Assembly (NCBI GenBank): GCA_964291265.2
Contig: OZ219747.1
Coordinates: forward strand, 3,872,001 to 3,936,000
DNA from: Alphaproteobacteria bacterium
Lineage (GTDB): Bacteria; Pseudomonadota; Alphaproteobacteria; SP197
Direction of reading: 5' to 3'
Length of the DNA: 64,000 nt
A model generated the notes under the pieces. The model saw only the letters and a list, made by a program, of their open reading frames with translations. It did not search any database and was not told where the DNA came from. The position numbers and the translations under genes are program-made. Shown here piece after piece: positions 43,334-56,300 of this stretch. Position 1 is the first letter of the stretch, and each line of letters opens with the position of its first letter.

Positions 43334-44386
43334 TCAGCCCTCCTGGTCGCTGCTTCGCCGCAGCTGGTCGAGCGGCAGGTAGGGTACGACCCCCTGGCCA
43401 TCGATGGCGCCGGTGTCGATGACGATCTTCTCCATGTCCCGCAGCACCGTCTCCATGGTCTCGAGGTAGATGCGCCGCTCCGTCACGTCCTCGGCCAGGA
43501 TGTATTCGTTGTAGACCGACATGAAGCGGGCGGCATCGCCCTCGGCCGTGTTGATCACCTGTTCCTTGTAGGCCTCCGCCTCCTGGATCATGCGCTGCGC
43601 ATCACCTCGGGCCACCGGCACGATCTGGTTCTGGTAGGCCTGTGCCTCGTTGATCGAGCGTTCCTGGTCCGCTCGTGCCGCCTGGACATCGCGGAAGGCG
43701 TCGATTACCGCTGCCGGTGGATCGACGCTCTGCAACTCGACCTGGCGGACCTCGACCCCGGCGCCGTACTCATCGAGCATCGCCTGCATCAGCTCCAGGG
43801 TCTTCTGTTCGACTTCCGCCCTTCCTTCGGCAAGCGCCGTCGCCAAGGGGGTGCGACCGATGGCCTGACGCATGGCACTCTCGGCCACGTTGCGTGTCGT
43901 TCCCTCCGGATCGGAGATGTTGAACAGGAACTTTCCGGCGTCGTCGATCTTCCACTTCACGACGAACTTGACGTCGATGATGTTCTCGTCGCCGGTCAGC
44001 ATCAGGCTCTGGTTGGGTGTGGTGCCGATGTTGAACTGCTGGATTTCCGTCACGGTCGGCGTGAAGACCTGTCCGACGGGCGACGGCCAGTTGTAGTCGA
44101 GACCGGGTGTCGTCGTGTTGACCCAGCGTCCGAAGACAACCTCGACACCCTGCTCATTGGTGTCGACGCGGTAAATTCCGCTTGCCAGCCAGACGACGAC
44201 CAGCACGACGAGAATGATCAGGATACTCCTGATTCCGCCGAAGCCTCCGGGCAGGAATCGCCGGCCCTTCTTCTGCATGTTGCGGACGAGTTCCTCGAAT
44301 TCACGGCCGCCGCCTGTGGGTCGTCGCCCCCAGGGACCGCCGCCGGAACCACCCCATCCACCTCCACCACCGTCATTCCAGGACAT
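43334..44386 (-). CDS. hflK: FtsH protease modulator HflK
   Basis: MSWN..GGPWG N-terminus, MLTGDENIIDV, DPP..VIDAFRDVQAA, GVVPYLPL. Confidence 0.96.
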   Translation of the reverse strand: MSWNDGGGGGWGGSGGGPWGRRPTGGGREFEELVRNMQKKGRRFLPGGFGGIRSILIILVVLVVVWLASGIYRVDTNEQGVEVVFGRWVNTTTPGLDYNWPSPVGQVFTPTVTEIQQFNIGTTPNQSLMLTGDENIIDVKFVVKWKIDDAGKFLFNISDPEGTTRNVAESAMRQAIGRTPLATALAEGRAEVEQKTLELMQAMLDEYGAGVEVRQVELQSVDPPAAVIDAFRDVQAARADQERSINEAQAYQNQIVPVARGDAQRMIQEAEAYKEQVINTAEGDAARFMSVYNEYILAEDVTERRIYLETMETVLRDMEKIVIDTGAIDGQGVVPYLPLDQLRRSSDQEG

Positions 44387-44509
44387 GGGTTCGCTGCCTT
44401 CCTGGCGGATCCTGGTGTGCCGGGCTCCGCACTTTTTGGGTTGTTGCCAAGGGTTCGTGCGTTATATGTCACCTGCGTGTTGTCTGCAACGCGGGAAGGA
44501 TGGCGAGCG

Positions 44510-45580
44510 ATGGCACGAGTTAAGCAAGAGACAGTCGAGGCGGCGCTTCGCGGAGTCATCGATCCCGGAAGCGGCCGACCGATCAGCGACGAGGGACTCG
44601 TCTCCGATCTCGTCGTCAAGGACGGCAATGTCGGTCTTGTCATGGAGGTGCCGGCTGACCGCGGCCACATGTACGAGCCGGTGCGCAAGGCCGCCGAAGA
44701 TGCCATTCGCGCCCTGCCCGGTGTTCTCTCGTCAAGCGTCGTCATGACCGCTCACCGAGATCAGGCCGCCTCGGCGCAACCGGCCGGAGGCGTCGATGGC
44801 GTCAAGGCCATCGTGGCGGTCGCCAGCGGCAAGGGCGGCGTCGGCAAGTCGACCACCGCAGCCAATCTGGCGCTCGCCCTGGCCGCCGGCGGCAGCAAGG
44901 TGGTTTTCCTTGATGCGGACATCTACGGGCCTTCGGCGCCGCGCCTCTTCGGACTGACGGGCAAGCCCGAGACCGACGGCACCCTGCTCTATCCGAAGCT
45001 GGCCCACGGCATCGCGATCATGTCGATCGGCCTGCTGATCGAAGAGGACCAGCCCATGGTGTGGCGCGGACCGATGGTGCAGAGCGCCCTCGAGCAGATG
45101 CTGCGCCAGGTGGCATGGGGCGAGGCCGACATCATGATCGTCGATCTGCCGCCGGGGACCGGCGACATCCAGCTTTCGCTCACCCAGAGAACGCCGCTCG
45201 CTGGCGCCGTGATCGTTTCGACACCGCAGGATCTGTCGCTCATCGATGCCCGCAAGGGACTCAACATGTTCCGCAAGGTGGATGTTCCCATCCTCGGCAT
45301 TGTCGAGAACATGAGCTACTTCTCCTGCCCGGCCTGCGGTCACCGCACCGAGGTCTTCGCCCATGGTGGCGCGAGGCAGGAGGCTGTCAGGCTGGGAACC
45401 TCCTTCCTGGGCGAGATTCCACTCGACATCAGGATTCGCGAGACCTCGGACAGCGGTCTTCCCATCGTCGCGGCCGAACCCGGGGGCGCCATTGCCAGCG
45501 CCTACAAGGCGGTGGCCTCGGCGGTGCTGGAGAGCCTGCCGGGCGCGCGTCCGGAAGGCCCGCGCATCGTCATCGAGTAG
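44510..45580 (+). CDS. apbC: Mrp/ApbC Fe-S cluster carrier ATPase
   Basis: N-terminal DUF59-like region, SGKGGVGKST, DADIYGPS, WRGPM, DLPPGTGD, ENMS..CPAC. Confidence 0.92.
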   Translation: MARVKQETVEAALRGVIDPGSGRPISDEGLVSDLVVKDGNVGLVMEVPADRGHMYEPVRKAAEDAIRALPGVLSSSVVMTAHRDQAASAQPAGGVDGVKAIVAVASGKGGVGKSTTAANLALALAAGGSKVVFLDADIYGPSAPRLFGLTGKPETDGTLLYPKLAHGIAIMSIGLLIEEDQPMVWRGPMVQSALEQMLRQVAWGEADIMIVDLPPGTGDIQLSLTQRTPLAGAVIVSTPQDLSLIDARKGLNMFRKVDVPILGIVENMSYFSCPACGHRTEVFAHGGARQEAVRLGTSFLGEIPLDIRIRETSDSGLPIVAAEPGGAIASAYKAVASAVLESLPGARPEGPRIVIE

Positions 45581-45589
45581 GCTCCGCCC

Positions 45590-46501
45590 TCAGGGACGGT
45601 CCTCCAGCACGGCCTGCAGTGCGTCCCACATCCGCCGTGACAGTCCGCTCGTTTCAAGGGTCACCGTCTCGCCCTTCACCATGCGGCGCACCGCGGCCAG
45701 TTGCTTGGCCGTCAGTTCCGCTCCCTCAAGCCGGCAATCGACGAAGGCCTCGTGGGCCAGAGGAACCCAGGCCTTCACCGTCTCCAGCATGGCCTCGGCG
45801 TAGACCCGGATCTCGTACTGGGCATGAGGGTCCGCCCGCAGGGCCAGGAAATGAAGCAGGTTGTGGAGGTTGGTCTTCCAGTACCACTGGGTGTAGATGC
45901 CGAGCGGCAGGTTGATGCGCGCCAGTTCACGGGCAAGGTCGGGGCCCTCTCCGTCGAGCATCTCTTCGTAGTGTGCGTAGGCGCGGCTGGCGTCCTCCTT
46001 GAGAATCTCCAGCACCCTCGCCGCCTCGTCGTCCTCGAGAATGTCGCTCCGGCCCTGCCGGTTCTGCGTCGACTGGCGCGCCAGGTTGCGAGGCGCCGGA
46101 ACATGGAACTCGCGGTCGAGAATCGAATAGCGCGCCGAGACCTCGTTGACGCTGGCCGTACGGTGGCGAATCCACTGGCGGGCCACGAACACCGGCAGCC
46201 TGACGTGGTACTTGATCTCGCACATCTCGAAGGGTGTGGTGTGGCGGTGTTGCATGAGGTAGGCGATGAGCCCCGCATCGCCGCGCACCGAGCGCGTGCC
46301 GGTGCCGTAGGACACCCGCGCCGCCTGGACGATGGCGCTGTCGTCTCCGAGGTAGTCGATGACACGCAGGAATCCGTGATCGAGCACCTCGATCGGCTCG
46401 TAGAGCAAGTCTTCCAGCCCCGGCGACACCACCCGCCGCGTCGTTTCGCAACGGGACCGCTGTGCCTCGATCTCCCGCGCCTGTGCTCGCGTGATGCTCA
46501 T
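45590..46501 (-). CDS. thyX: FAD-dependent thymidylate synthase
   Basis: [32 protein letters not shown] (ThyX motif), [15 protein letters not shown]; ATG 46501. Confidence 0.96.
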   Translation of the reverse strand: MSITRAQAREIEAQRSRCETTRRVVSPGLEDLLYEPIEVLDHGFLRVIDYLGDDSAIVQAARVSYGTGTRSVRGDAGLIAYLMQHRHTTPFEMCEIKYHVRLPVFVARQWIRHRTASVNEVSARYSILDREFHVPAPRNLARQSTQNRQGRSDILEDDEAARVLEILKEDASRAYAHYEEMLDGEGPDLARELARINLPLGIYTQWYWKTNLHNLLHFLALRADPHAQYEIRVYAEAMLETVKAWVPLAHEAFVDCRLEGAELTAKQLAAVRRMVKGETVTLETSGLSRRMWDALQAVLEDRP

Positions 46502-47744
46502 GCCAGGGGCATACACGAGGCGGCCACCGACGACAACGCCCCCTTGACGGCTGCCTCGACCGAGGCGTCCCCCCTGATCCCACAACTGACGTTCGCGCCG
46601 GCAATCCCGATGATCATCGCGGAACCGTTTTCTTTCGCGATCCGCCACGAGCCGGTGGCACAGGAGGTCTGGGAGCGTTCCGATTCGATGACAGTCATCG
46701 CCCGGTGGGCATTCACTGAGAACCACGAGACCCGTGACGTGCCGTTTCTGCGACAATGGCCGCGGCGTTCAGGTGGAATTCGAGAACCGACGCCCGCCCC
46801 AGATCCGTGGCGATCCTTCTGCCGCATCAGGGGCGGCATAGTGGAACTACCAACGAGGCTGCTCCACAGCCGGAAGCCCAAGCCTGACGGGACCTATCGC
46901 TCGAGCCCGTTCTGCCATGCGGTCGAGGGAATCACCGAGCGAGCGAGCGAGATCGTGGCCAGACGCGGACCGCGTCCGGTTGCGCTCTGTCGGGGCGCCT
47001 GCAGCATGGTGATCCCCGCGACCGTGCCGTCGCACTTGCCTGCATGGAGGCGGTCAGAACGCCGTCGGCGTTCGATGCAAGCGCCATTGACCAGCCGGCA
47101 AGCCCAGGCGCTGCATGGACGTTGGCAGGGCCGTCTCCGGCCTTCGAGACAAGGGTTGTCACTCTCCTCATCGGCACCGTGATGCAGTTCCTGGAGCCGG
47201 CGTCGTCTCCATGGTTCCGATGTTGAGGCCACCTGCCTGACGAACAGGTCCGCGAGTGGGGCGCACATCGCGGCCACTTGCTCTGCGTCGACGACGGCTT
47301 CGACCGCTACACCGGTCAGCCGCTCATGGGCAACGTCGCGGTCAACGTGCGGGCGGCGCATCCCCTGCAGTCGACCGAGTTCCCTCGCATGCTCGCGGAC
47401 CGCGAACTCGGCCTCCCTGCTCAGGAAGGTTCGGCGAGGCCGTGCACGTCGCCCACCTTGGCGGCCATGGCGACCTCAAGCATGGTCTCGATCCCGGCAG
47501 TCAGATCACATGTTCAGACCCGCTTCATCAGAACCGCCGCAAGACACCTCGTCGGGTTCCGGGGCCGGTCAGAGCGTGTGCAGCACCAGGAACGACAACC
47601 GCTGCTGCGTCATGTTTGTCATGACTCGACAAGACCGGCTGCCATCCCGGGCTGTCGGTGCGGCGGTGATGGCCGGAGAAGCCTGGGTGCCGTGATGCTG
47701 CGGAAAAAGGGTTGCATGGCGGCGGCGGTACGACTATATGACGG

Positions 47745-48003
47745 GTTGCCCGGTGCGCCGGGCTATGGCGATAAATGTCGTTCGGAATAGACGTTGCGGA
47801 CGCGGGGGCAGTACCCGCCGCCTCCACCATCAACCCATGGGGGCGAACCAGGATCGACGTGCGTGGCAAAGGTGCGATTTTCGCCCGGCATGATACCGCC
47901 GTTATCGGGTCAATCACACAAACGCCAACGACAACGAGGCGTTCGCTGTCGCCGCTTGAGCGACAAGCGCGGTTTGGAGGGCACCGGGCAACAGAAGCCC
48001 TCC
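47745..48003 (+). ncRNA. ssrA: Two-piece (circularly permuted) alphaproteobacterial tmRNA; tag peptide ANDNEAFAVAA
   Basis: Acceptor piece ends ...GCCGCCTCCACCA (47829), followed by a 9-nt spacer. Coding piece starts GGGGGCG (47839; G3-U pair with CGCCTCC). Tag ORF 47924-47959. GTTGCCCGGTGC pairs with the distal GCACCGGGCAAC. Upstream of sspB. Confidence 0.93.
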
Positions 48004-48035
48004 GTCATGTCATTCCCTGACGGTCCGAACGAGCG

Positions 48036-48473
48036 ATGAGAGAATCCATCCACTATGGACTTCTGGTTGACGGCGCCCTGCGCAGCGTCGTGGCCCGCGC
48101 CCTTGAGATTGCCGCGCGTGACGGCTTGCCCGGTGAGCACCACTTCTACATCACTTTCCGTACCGACCACCCCGGCGTCAGGATGGCCAAGGCCCTGAAG
48201 GCCCGCTATCCCGAAGACATCACGATCGTCATCCAGAACCAGTTCTGGAATCTCGAAGTCGACGAAGAAGGTTTCTCCATCGGTCTTTCCTTTGATCGAA
48301 TGCCCCACGAACTCGGTGTTCCCTGGACCGCGGTCACCTCGTTCGTCGACCCAAGCGTCAAGTTCGGCCTGAACTTCAAGGCGGGCGTGGGGGAACCGGC
48401 CGCCGAGGAAGAGCCTGAGCCACCCGAAGGCGATGGCACCATCGTCTCCCTCGATGCCTTCCGCAAGAAGTGA
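48036..48473 (+). CDS. sspB: ClpXP adaptor SspB (alphaproteobacterial type)
   Basis: GLPGEHHFYITFRT, YPE.ITIVIQNQFW, F.DPSV.FGL.F, C-terminal VSLDAFRKK. Confidence 0.93.
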   Translation: MRESIHYGLLVDGALRSVVARALEIAARDGLPGEHHFYITFRTDHPGVRMAKALKARYPEDITIVIQNQFWNLEVDEEGFSIGLSFDRMPHELGVPWTAVTSFVDPSVKFGLNFKAGVGEPAAEEEPEPPEGDGTIVSLDAFRKK

Positions 48474-48487
48474 AGTTGCAATCCACG

Positions 48488-48505
48488 ATTGAGAATCGTT
48501 CGCAA
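48488..48505 (+). promoter_or_regulatory. Putative Fur-type iron box upstream of fumC
   Basis: ATTGAGAATCGTTCGCAA; its reverse complement TTGCGAACGATTCTCAAT resembles the two boxes upstream of the Fe3+ binding-protein gene. Confidence 0.65.
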
Positions 48506-48559
48506 GGACGAGGCACAGTGTGGTAAGGAAGGCCTGCCCTGACAGGGAACCTTGAGCTC

Positions 48560-49959
<1,400 letters not shown>

Positions 49960-49963
<4 letters not shown>

Positions 49964-51630
49964 ACCTTCCGGGCACACGGATGCGACCCGCTTCCGGCTG
50001 GTGGCAGCTCTTTCCGGCGGCGGCGCTCTTCATTGCCGTCGTCATCTCCCTTCCCATCCTTGCCGTGGTGTCGAATCTCTTCACCGGCAGCGGTGTCGTG
50101 TGGACCGGTCTCATCGATCGCATTCTCTCGGTCTATGTCGTCAACACCGTGGTGCTGCTGGCCGGAGTGGCCGTGGTTGCCGGGATCATCGGAACCGGGA
50201 CCGCGTGGCTCGTCACCATGTGCGAGTTTCCGGGACGGCGTCACATGGAATGGCTGCTCCTGCTGCCCTTCGCCGCTCCGGCCTATGTCATCGCCTACGC
50301 CTACACCGACTTCCTGGAATTCGCCGGGCCGGTGCAGACTCTCCTGCGCGACCTGACCGGCTGGGGGCGCCGTGACTACTGGTTCCCGGAGATTCGCTCC
50401 ACAGCGGGCGCCATCGCCATGCTGTCGCTGGTGCTCTACCCGTATGTCTATCTCCTGGGGCGCAACGCGTTCCTGTCACAGTCGGTCCAGGCTCTCGGTG
50501 TCGCCCGGTCCCTGGGGCTCGGCCCCTGGTCCGCATTCGCCCGTGTTGCCCTGCCCATGGCCCGCCCCGCCATTGCCGCCGGCCTTGCTCTGGCGCTCAT
50601 GGAGACGCTTGCCGACTTCGGAACCGTCGAGTTCTTCGGGGTCCAGACATTCACCACCGGCATCTACCGGACATGGTTCATCAGGGGTTCGCCCGAAGGC
50701 GCGGCACAGCTAGCCAACATCCTGCTCCTCTTCGTCCTGGTCGTGATTCTCCTGGAGAAGGGCTCCCGGGGACGGGCCCGGTATGCGACCGGGACGGGCC
50801 GCTTCCAACCGTTGCCGCGCTTTGCCCTCGGCGGAATCAGGGCCTGGGCCGCCTTCCTTGCCACCACGGCGCCGGTCGTGCTGGGATTCGCGGTTCCGGC
50901 CTGTCTTCTTCTTGACCTCTCCTTTGCCTCAGGTGACCCGATGCCCTTCGCGGCGTTCATGACCTACGCCGGCAACTCGATCCAGGTGGCCGGACTGGCC
51001 GCCCTCCTGGCCGTTGCCGCGGCCGTGACCCTGGGTTACGCGGCACGCCTCGCGGCAGGACCGTTGACGATCGGCGCCGCACGGATCGCCTCCATGGGCT
51101 ATGCCATCCCGGGATCGGTCATCGCAGTCGGGGTCCTGGTTCCCCTTGCCTGGTTCGACAATCGTCTCGATGCCTTCATGAAGGCGGCGTTCGGGGTGTC
51201 GACAGGACTGCTGCTGACCGGCTCGATCGCCGCGCTGCTTCTCGCCTACGTCGTGCGATTCATCGCGGTTGCCTACCACAGTACCGATGCGGGGCTGGCC
51301 AGGGTGACGCCGGCGATGGACGGCGCCTCGAGATCGCTGGGCCGCAGCCCCTTCTCCACCCTGACCGCGGTTCATGCGCCGCTGTTGCGGGGCAGCCTCC
51401 TCACCGGAGGCCTGCTGGTCTTCGTCGATGTCCTCAAGGAACTGCCGGCCACCTTGCTGGTGCGCCCCTTCAACTTCGAGACCCTGGCCACCAGGACGTG
51501 GCGGCTGGCGGCGGACGAACGGCTGGCCGAGGCCTCGACGGCGGCGCTGGCCATCGTGCTGGCGGGGGTTCTCCCCGTCATCCTGCTCTCCGGGAGGATC
51601 GCCCGGTCACGGCCGGGATCCCGGCCGTGA
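49960..51630 (+). CDS. Fe3+ ABC transporter permease (FbpB/FutB-like)
   Basis: Two permease halves; [46 protein letters not shown]; GTGA overlap with fumC. Confidence 0.92.
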
Positions 51631-51634
51631 CCGG
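51603..51634. terminator. Perfect 32-bp palindrome between convergent iron-uptake genes (candidate bidirectional terminator/hairpin)
   Basis: CCGGTCACGGCCGGGATCCCGGCCGTGACCGG overlapping the permease stop codon. Confidence 0.55.
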
Positions 51635-51649
51635 TTGTGTCCGGAGGTC

Positions 51650-52660
51650 CTACTTCCAGCCGTTCTCTTCCATGATCTCGAGAGCGCGGGCGCGGTTGGC
51701 TCCGAACACCGCCGCATCGATGTCGTCGGCGACGAAGTCCCCGTAGAGAGCATCGAGCACATCCGCATGGGTGATGCCGTCGACCACCGGCCATTCGTTG
51801 TTGCTGTCGGCGAAGACCTGCTGGGCCATGTCGCTGGCCAGAAACTCCAGGAAGGCGATGGCGTTGTCGCGGTTGGGGGCGTGGGCGGCCACACCGGCCC
51901 CTGAAATGTTGACGTGGACCCCGCGGTCACCCTGGTTCGGCATGACGACGCGGATGGCATCGGCGATGTTCCGACTGGCCGGATCGTCGGATCTCGCAAG
52001 ACGTGCCAGGTAGTAGGTGTTGGCGACGGCGATCTCGCACTGGCCGGCGGCCACCGCCCTGATCTGGCCTGTATCGTTGGATTCCGGTTCACGCGCCATG
52101 TTGGCCACCAGCCCCCTCACCCATTGCGCGGTGTCGTCCTCGCCATTGGCGACGATGAGCGAGGCCACCAGAGACTGGTTGTAGATGTTCCCGGATGAGC
52201 GAATGCAGATGGCATCGTCAAACCGCGGATCCGCCAGATCCTCATAGCGTTCGAGGCCTGTCGAATCGAAGTCGCTCTTCACCATGATCACGCGGGCGCG
52301 CCTGGTGAAGGCAAACCACTCGCCATCGGGATGGCGCAGGGAGGCGGGTATCCGGGATTCCAGCTCGGTCGAGGAGACGCCCTGGAGTAGTCCGTTGAGG
52401 GAGGCGGACATCAGGTTCGAGGCATCGGCCGTCATGAAGACGTCAACGGGACTGTTCCTGCCTTCGATCCTCATCCTCTCCATCAGGGCGCCGGCCTTGT
52501 CCTCGATGACATTGACGGTGACTCCGGTGGCCTCGTGGAAGGCTTCATAGAGCTGGGTATCGGCATCGTAGTGGCGTGCCGTATAGAGGTTGACCTCACC
52601 GTCCGCCGCTGCCTGCAGCGACAGGGAGACGAGAGTGAGCGCAACAATTCGCACGGACAT
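51650..52660 (-). CDS. Fe3+ ABC transporter substrate-binding protein (FbpA/FutA-like)
   Basis: VNLYTARHY..D, EG.NSP.DV, RARVI, CIRSSGNIYNQSL, ANTYYL (Tyr ligands), GVHVNISG; ATG 52660. Confidence 0.93.
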   Translation of the reverse strand: MSVRIVALTLVSLSLQAAADGEVNLYTARHYDADTQLYEAFHEATGVTVNVIEDKAGALMERMRIEGRNSPVDVFMTADASNLMSASLNGLLQGVSSTELESRIPASLRHPDGEWFAFTRRARVIMVKSDFDSTGLERYEDLADPRFDDAICIRSSGNIYNQSLVASLIVANGEDDTAQWVRGLVANMAREPESNDTGQIRAVAAGQCEIAVANTYYLARLARSDDPASRNIADAIRVVMPNQGDRGVHVNISGAGVAAHAPNRDNAIAFLEFLASDMAQQVFADSNNEWPVVDGITHADVLDALYGDFVADDIDAAVFGANRARALEIMEENGWK

Positions 52661-52675
52661 CGTGTTCCCCTTTTC

Positions 52676-52749
52676 TTGCGAATGATTATCACTAGCCCCT
52701 CTGTGGCGCACCACCAGCCGCATGTCAAGTCGTTTGCGAATGATAATCA
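52676..52749 (-). promoter_or_regulatory. Two Fur-type iron boxes upstream of the Fe3+ binding-protein gene
   Basis: TTGCGAATGATTATCA (52676-52691) and TTGCGAATGATAATCA (52734-52749), 15/16 identical, containing the AATGATAATCA Fur core. Confidence 0.75.
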
Positions 52750-53346
52750 ATGTCAAATACGCAATGCGCCACCGAAGCCCCGGCGCCTTGTCTGGCTCCC
52801 CCTGCCTGTGAGAGCTCGCAATGTCCCCGCCACGACCAAGGTCCTTGCCGCTGCATTGCGCCATGTTGCCAACGTGTTCCCGGATGAACGTCGTGAACGA
52901 CTGCTCGCTCCTAGCGATCATGGGTCGTCCTGACGGCGCAGGGGTAAGGACATCGTGGCCCGGCGAGCTCGGGCCTGGCGCTGTTCGGCGTGTCGAATCG
53001 CGCCGGTCCCGCACTGGAGGATTCGGACGTGACCGCGGAACCCAAGTGCCTGCTCGACGATGAGCCGACCGGACGGCAGGAGATGACGGGGGCGACCGAC
53101 GCGGTGTGCGGCCCGGCAGCCGGTCCCGGTGCTGTCGAGCGCGGCGCGTGTGTTGCGGCCATCTTTCATATGCTTTACGGATTGCACTGATGGGTTCGCT
53201 GCGGTCGTGCGGGCGCGGCGGCCCGGATTTCGTGACGGGAGGATGAGGTCATGACGCAGACGCCTTACGATATCGGGATGCATGGCCTGCGGCTTTTCGG
53301 ACGGAGCGTGAGCGCCTCACGCACGCGCGAACCCCAGAACTTTGTA

Positions 53347-53357
53347 CCCCCCCCCCC
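53347..53357 (+). repeat. C11 homopolymer in the 5' region of the autotransporter (slippage tract)
   Basis: TTTGTA-C11-GCTCAAGAG; separates the ATG 53251 frame from the 53388-59339 frame. Confidence 0.9.
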
Positions 53358-53387
53358 GCTCAAGAGTTAGGGCGCGGGGCTGAGCCG

Positions 53388-56300
53388 GTGGGCGCCCTCG
53401 GGAGAACCGTCCGCCGCCTGAGCGCGGAACTCGCTGCCCTCTTCCTCATCACGCTGGCCGCCGCCCTCGCGCCCCAGGACGCACAGGCGCAGGAGAAGCC
53501 GGCGCTCACGGCAACCGCGGGTGTCGGCAGTGTCACACTCACCTGGACTCGTACCGGCAACACTGGATTTGGATATTGGGTCTACCGACAGGGGGTCACC
53601 GGAGGAGGTTACGGCGACTGGATCGATATACCGGGCGGCGCCACCATCAGAGCCCACACGGTCACAGGGTTGACCGCCGGCACCTCCTATACCTTCCAGG
53701 TGGCAAGGGCAGAAGGTACCGGTCTCAACTTTTCCGTCTTCGCTAGTGGGGGAGGGTACTCGAACGGGGCGTCAGCTACGCCGACGGCGGCCACGACCAC
53801 GACGCCCGCCGCCCCGACGGGTCTGACGGCGACGCCCGGCGGCCCCGCGCAGGTGTTGCTGACGTGGACCAAGCCGACTGGCACGATCACCGGCTACAAG
53901 CTGCGCTACGCCAAGACGCCGTCAAAGGCCAGCGCCACCTGGGGTACCATGACGGGTTCGGGCGCGAACACCGTGAGGCACATGGTGACGGGCCTGGACA
54001 ATGGCAGCGAATACAGTTTCATGATCCGTGCGGTGAACGCCTCCGGCGACGGCGCCGCCACGGGCTGGGTGACGGCGACGCCTGCGGACAGCTGCCCTGG
54101 CGTGGGAGCACCGACGAACCTGAGCCTTGCGCCGCGTTCGGACGGGTTTGCCGTCACCTGGACGGCGCCGACCGATGTACTCCGCAACGGCTGGGAATTG
54201 TCTTACAAGAAGACCGGGGGCAGTTCGACCTCTGTCACGATCTCGAATGCCGCCGCGACCAGCCACACGCTGACCGGCCTGGAGGCCGGCACCGAATACG
54301 AGATCGCTCTTCAAGCAACGCATCCTTTCAATCCCGATCCTACTGCGTCATGTCCTCCAGGCTCCCGCGCAAAAGCCACCGGCACGACCACGGCCGCTGC
54401 CACCGCCGGGGTGACGATCTCGCCGACATCGCTGACGGTGGAAGAGGGGAGCAGCGAGACCTACACGGTGAAGCTGGACAAGGCGCCCTCGGCGAACGTG
54501 ACGATCACGGTGGGCGGCGCATCGGGCGAGGTGACGGTGGCGGGTTCACCGTTGACCTTCACGCCAAGCAACTTCAGCACCGCGCAGACGATCACGGTGC
54601 GTGCCGCAGCCGACGACGACACGCTGGACGACACGGCGACGCTGACGCACGCGGCGTCGAGCACCGACACGGACTACGGCGCCTCGCTCGACATCGACGA
54701 TGTGGACGTGACGGTGACGGACACGACGCCGATCCTGCAGCTTCTGACCGACCCGGCGGCGGTGACCGAGGGGACGGCGATCAGCCTGACGGTGACCTCC
54801 GACAAGGCGCAGACGGGGGACCTGACGGTGAGCATGGTGCTGTCGGACCGTGGTTCGAGCGGTTTCGATGCGGACGACATTACCGGCACGCTGGGCCCGC
54901 GCGCCTTCATCGTGGCTTTTGGCAACACTGCCAGCACGACGGGCACGGTGACCATCCCGACCAGCACCGATTCGACTGTGGAGGGCGCGGAGACCTACCG
55001 CATCACGCTGGAAGGCGGTGCCGGCACCTACAAGGTCGGCACCGATGCGACCGCCGACGGCACGCTGAACGACGGCACGACCGCTTCCGTTCCAGCCGCA
55101 CCGGCGGGCCTGTCGGCGGAGGCGGGCAACGCGCAGGTGAAGCTGACGTGGACCGATCCGGACGACGATTCGATCACGCGGTATCGGGTGCAGCAGAGGA
55201 AGGGGACCGCCGCCTGGGGCAGTTGGACCGCGATTCCCGGTTCGGACGCCGACACGGTGAGCTACACGGTGACGGGTCTGACGAACGACAGCGAGTACCG
55301 CTTCCGCATCCGGGCGCGGAACAGCGGCGGCAACGGCGCCGCGTCGGCGGTGGTGGAGGCGACGCCGTCGGCGTCGGCGGCGGTTCCCAAGCCGGTGCTG
55401 AGCGCCGAAGCGGGTTACGCCAGGGTCACCCTGAGCTGGAGCGCGCTGTCGGGTGTGACGGTAGCGAGCTGGGGCTATCAGTACAAGCCCGCGGGCGGCA
55501 GCTGGATCAGGACCCGGACGGTCACGGGCGCCAGCACGACGAGCACCACGGTGACGGGACTGACGATCGGCACGGAATACACGTTCCGGCTGTTTGCGGC
55601 AGTCAGTCCCGGGGTGCAGTCGGTGTGGTCGGACCAGGTGAAGGCGACGCCGACGAATACGGTTCCCAAGCCGGTTCTGACGGCGGCAGGGGGCGATGCC
55701 TCGGTCACCCTGAGCTGGAGCGCCTTGACGGGCATTCCGATCACGAGCTGGGGCTATCAGTACAAGAGCACGGGCGGCTGGAGCACGACCACGACGCTCA
55801 CGGGCGCAAGCAGGACGAGCGTCCGGGTGACGGGTCTGACGAAGGGCACGGACTACACGTTCCGCCTGTTCGCGGCGGTCCGTCCCGGGGAGCAGTCGGT
55901 GTGGTCGGATCAGGTGACGGCGAAGACCGATCCGGCGGCCCCGGTGCTGACGGCGGCGACTTCGACGACGAACGGGCAGATCGACCTGACCTGGACCCAT
56001 GCCGGCGGCTCGAACGAGTTATCGGATGCGGACGACTATGTGAAAGACGCGGCCAAGTTCCATTGGTGGAGAGCGCAGACCCGGCTGAAGGGGGCAAGCA
56101 CCTGGACGGATCACAGTCTCAACCAGGCGAGTGCCAGACAGAATCCGGGCTCTCGCAACAATCGGCTTCTGCTGAACTATCCTGACGGGGCATCGGTCGA
56201 GGTCCGGGTTCGGGCGACGGGCTATCGCATGGCGGGGGTCGCCGGGGGAACGGGGAACCTTCAGGGTCCCTGGTCGAACATCCGTACGGTGACCTTCAAG

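Noticed and set aside
47745-48003. Permuted tmRNA as a novelty
   Set aside because: Two-piece tmRNA next to sspB is the established alphaproteobacterial arrangement.
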